Part shown: positions 63,817-64,000 of the stretch, piece after piece
Numbering within the stretch: the first letter of the stretch is position 1
Layout: every line of letters begins with the position of its first letter
DNA from: Candidatus Nanoarchaeia archaeon
GTDB taxonomy: Archaea > Nanobdellota > Nanobdellia > Woesearchaeales > UBA525
Reading direction: 5' to 3'
Length of the DNA stretch: 64,000 bases
NCBI GenBank assembly: GCA_028279755.1
Contig: JANQNB010000011.1
Coordinates: 4,501 to 68,500, forward strand
Translations under genes and position numbers: made by a program
The notes under the pieces: model-generated
Seen by the model: the letters and a program-made list of their open reading frames with translations, nothing else
Database searches by the model: none
Told to the model about the DNA's origin: nothing

Positions 63817-64000
63817 CGAACACCCCGCTCTTGATCATCACCGGGCTTCCCACTCGGAGCATGCCGGATTCAACCAGGTGTCGTATCACGCTGTCGTCGT
63901 GCCGGATGCAGCCCTGGCTTGCCCGCTGTCCAAGAAGATGTGGTTCGTCTGTGCCGTGCAGGCCGATGCTGCTGCCTTTGTAGGTGATGCCCCAGGGTGC
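63794..64000 (-). CDS. L,D-transpeptidase (YkuD) catalytic domain protein, C-terminal fragment (gene starts beyond the window)
   Basis: Minus-frame translation ...SSIGLHGTDEPHLLGQRASQGCIRHDDSVIRHL... carries the HGT...GC(I)R catalytic signature of YkuD domains. Stop at 63794-63796. Confidence 0.55.
   Translation of the reverse strand, partial: APWGITYKGSSIGLHGTDEPHLLGQRASQGCIRHDDSVIRHLVESGMLRVGSPVMIKSGVFDEPGQSD

Noticed and set aside
1-64000. Search for CRISPR arrays, IS elements/transposases and integrases.
   Set aside because: No regularly spaced direct repeats, no terminal inverted repeats flanking a transposase-like ORF, and no integrase or recombinase ORF were seen. The only tandem repeat is the in-frame 24-bp repeat in rrp4.

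Overview
This window reads as high-GC (~58-60%) archaeal DNA dominated by information-processing genes. The organism is not identified. Domain assignment is firm from the genes present: the ribosomal stalk cluster L1-P0-P1, an archaeal-type ProRS, RtcA, CCA-adding enzyme, SecF/SecD, proteasome beta and alpha, aCPSF1/FttA, the exosome superoperon (Pop5-PsmA-SBDS-Rrp4-Rrp41-Rrp42-RpoK), AlaRS, UMP kinase, Nmd3, TFE, SepF, TIM, HisRS and wyosine enzymes Taw1/Taw3. Genes are tightly packed and mostly leaderless. Promoters stand out as TTTATAAA-type TATA boxes ~22-30 bp upstream of start codons, and several are perfectly palindromic and sit symmetrically between divergent genes. Four tRNA genes were found: tRNA-Ser(TGA), a tRNA-Val(GAC) that is 21 nt too long (putative D-loop intron), and two divergent tandem tRNA-His(GTG). 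Accessory content of interest: (1) two paralogous ~530-aa proteins with a C-terminal PEP-utilizer phosphohistidine swivel domain and an uncharacterized helical N-terminal domain, one directly downstream of rtcA and one downstream of FttA; (2) a bacterial-looking envelope toolkit in an archaeal background (Lgt, a lipobox TolB-like lipoprotein, a GT9 heptosyltransferase-like protein, a Kazal-domain secreted protein and an L,D-transpeptidase fragment); (3) a YqjD/ElaB-like, YqjE-like, MazG-like mini-operon; (4) a giant acidic coiled-coil protein with a divergent small coiled-coil partner; (5) a Tyr/Gly/His/Trp-rich secreted peptide behind an AT-rich island; (6) an archaeal pilin-like cluster; (7) a 24-bp tandem repeat giving an RDGPRGPR-repeat tail on Rrp4; and (8) a histidine ammonia-lyase with an Ala-Cys-Gly triad in place of Ala-Ser-Gly. 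No CRISPR array or mobile element was seen. All calls come from reading the sequence and ORF translations; no database search was run.
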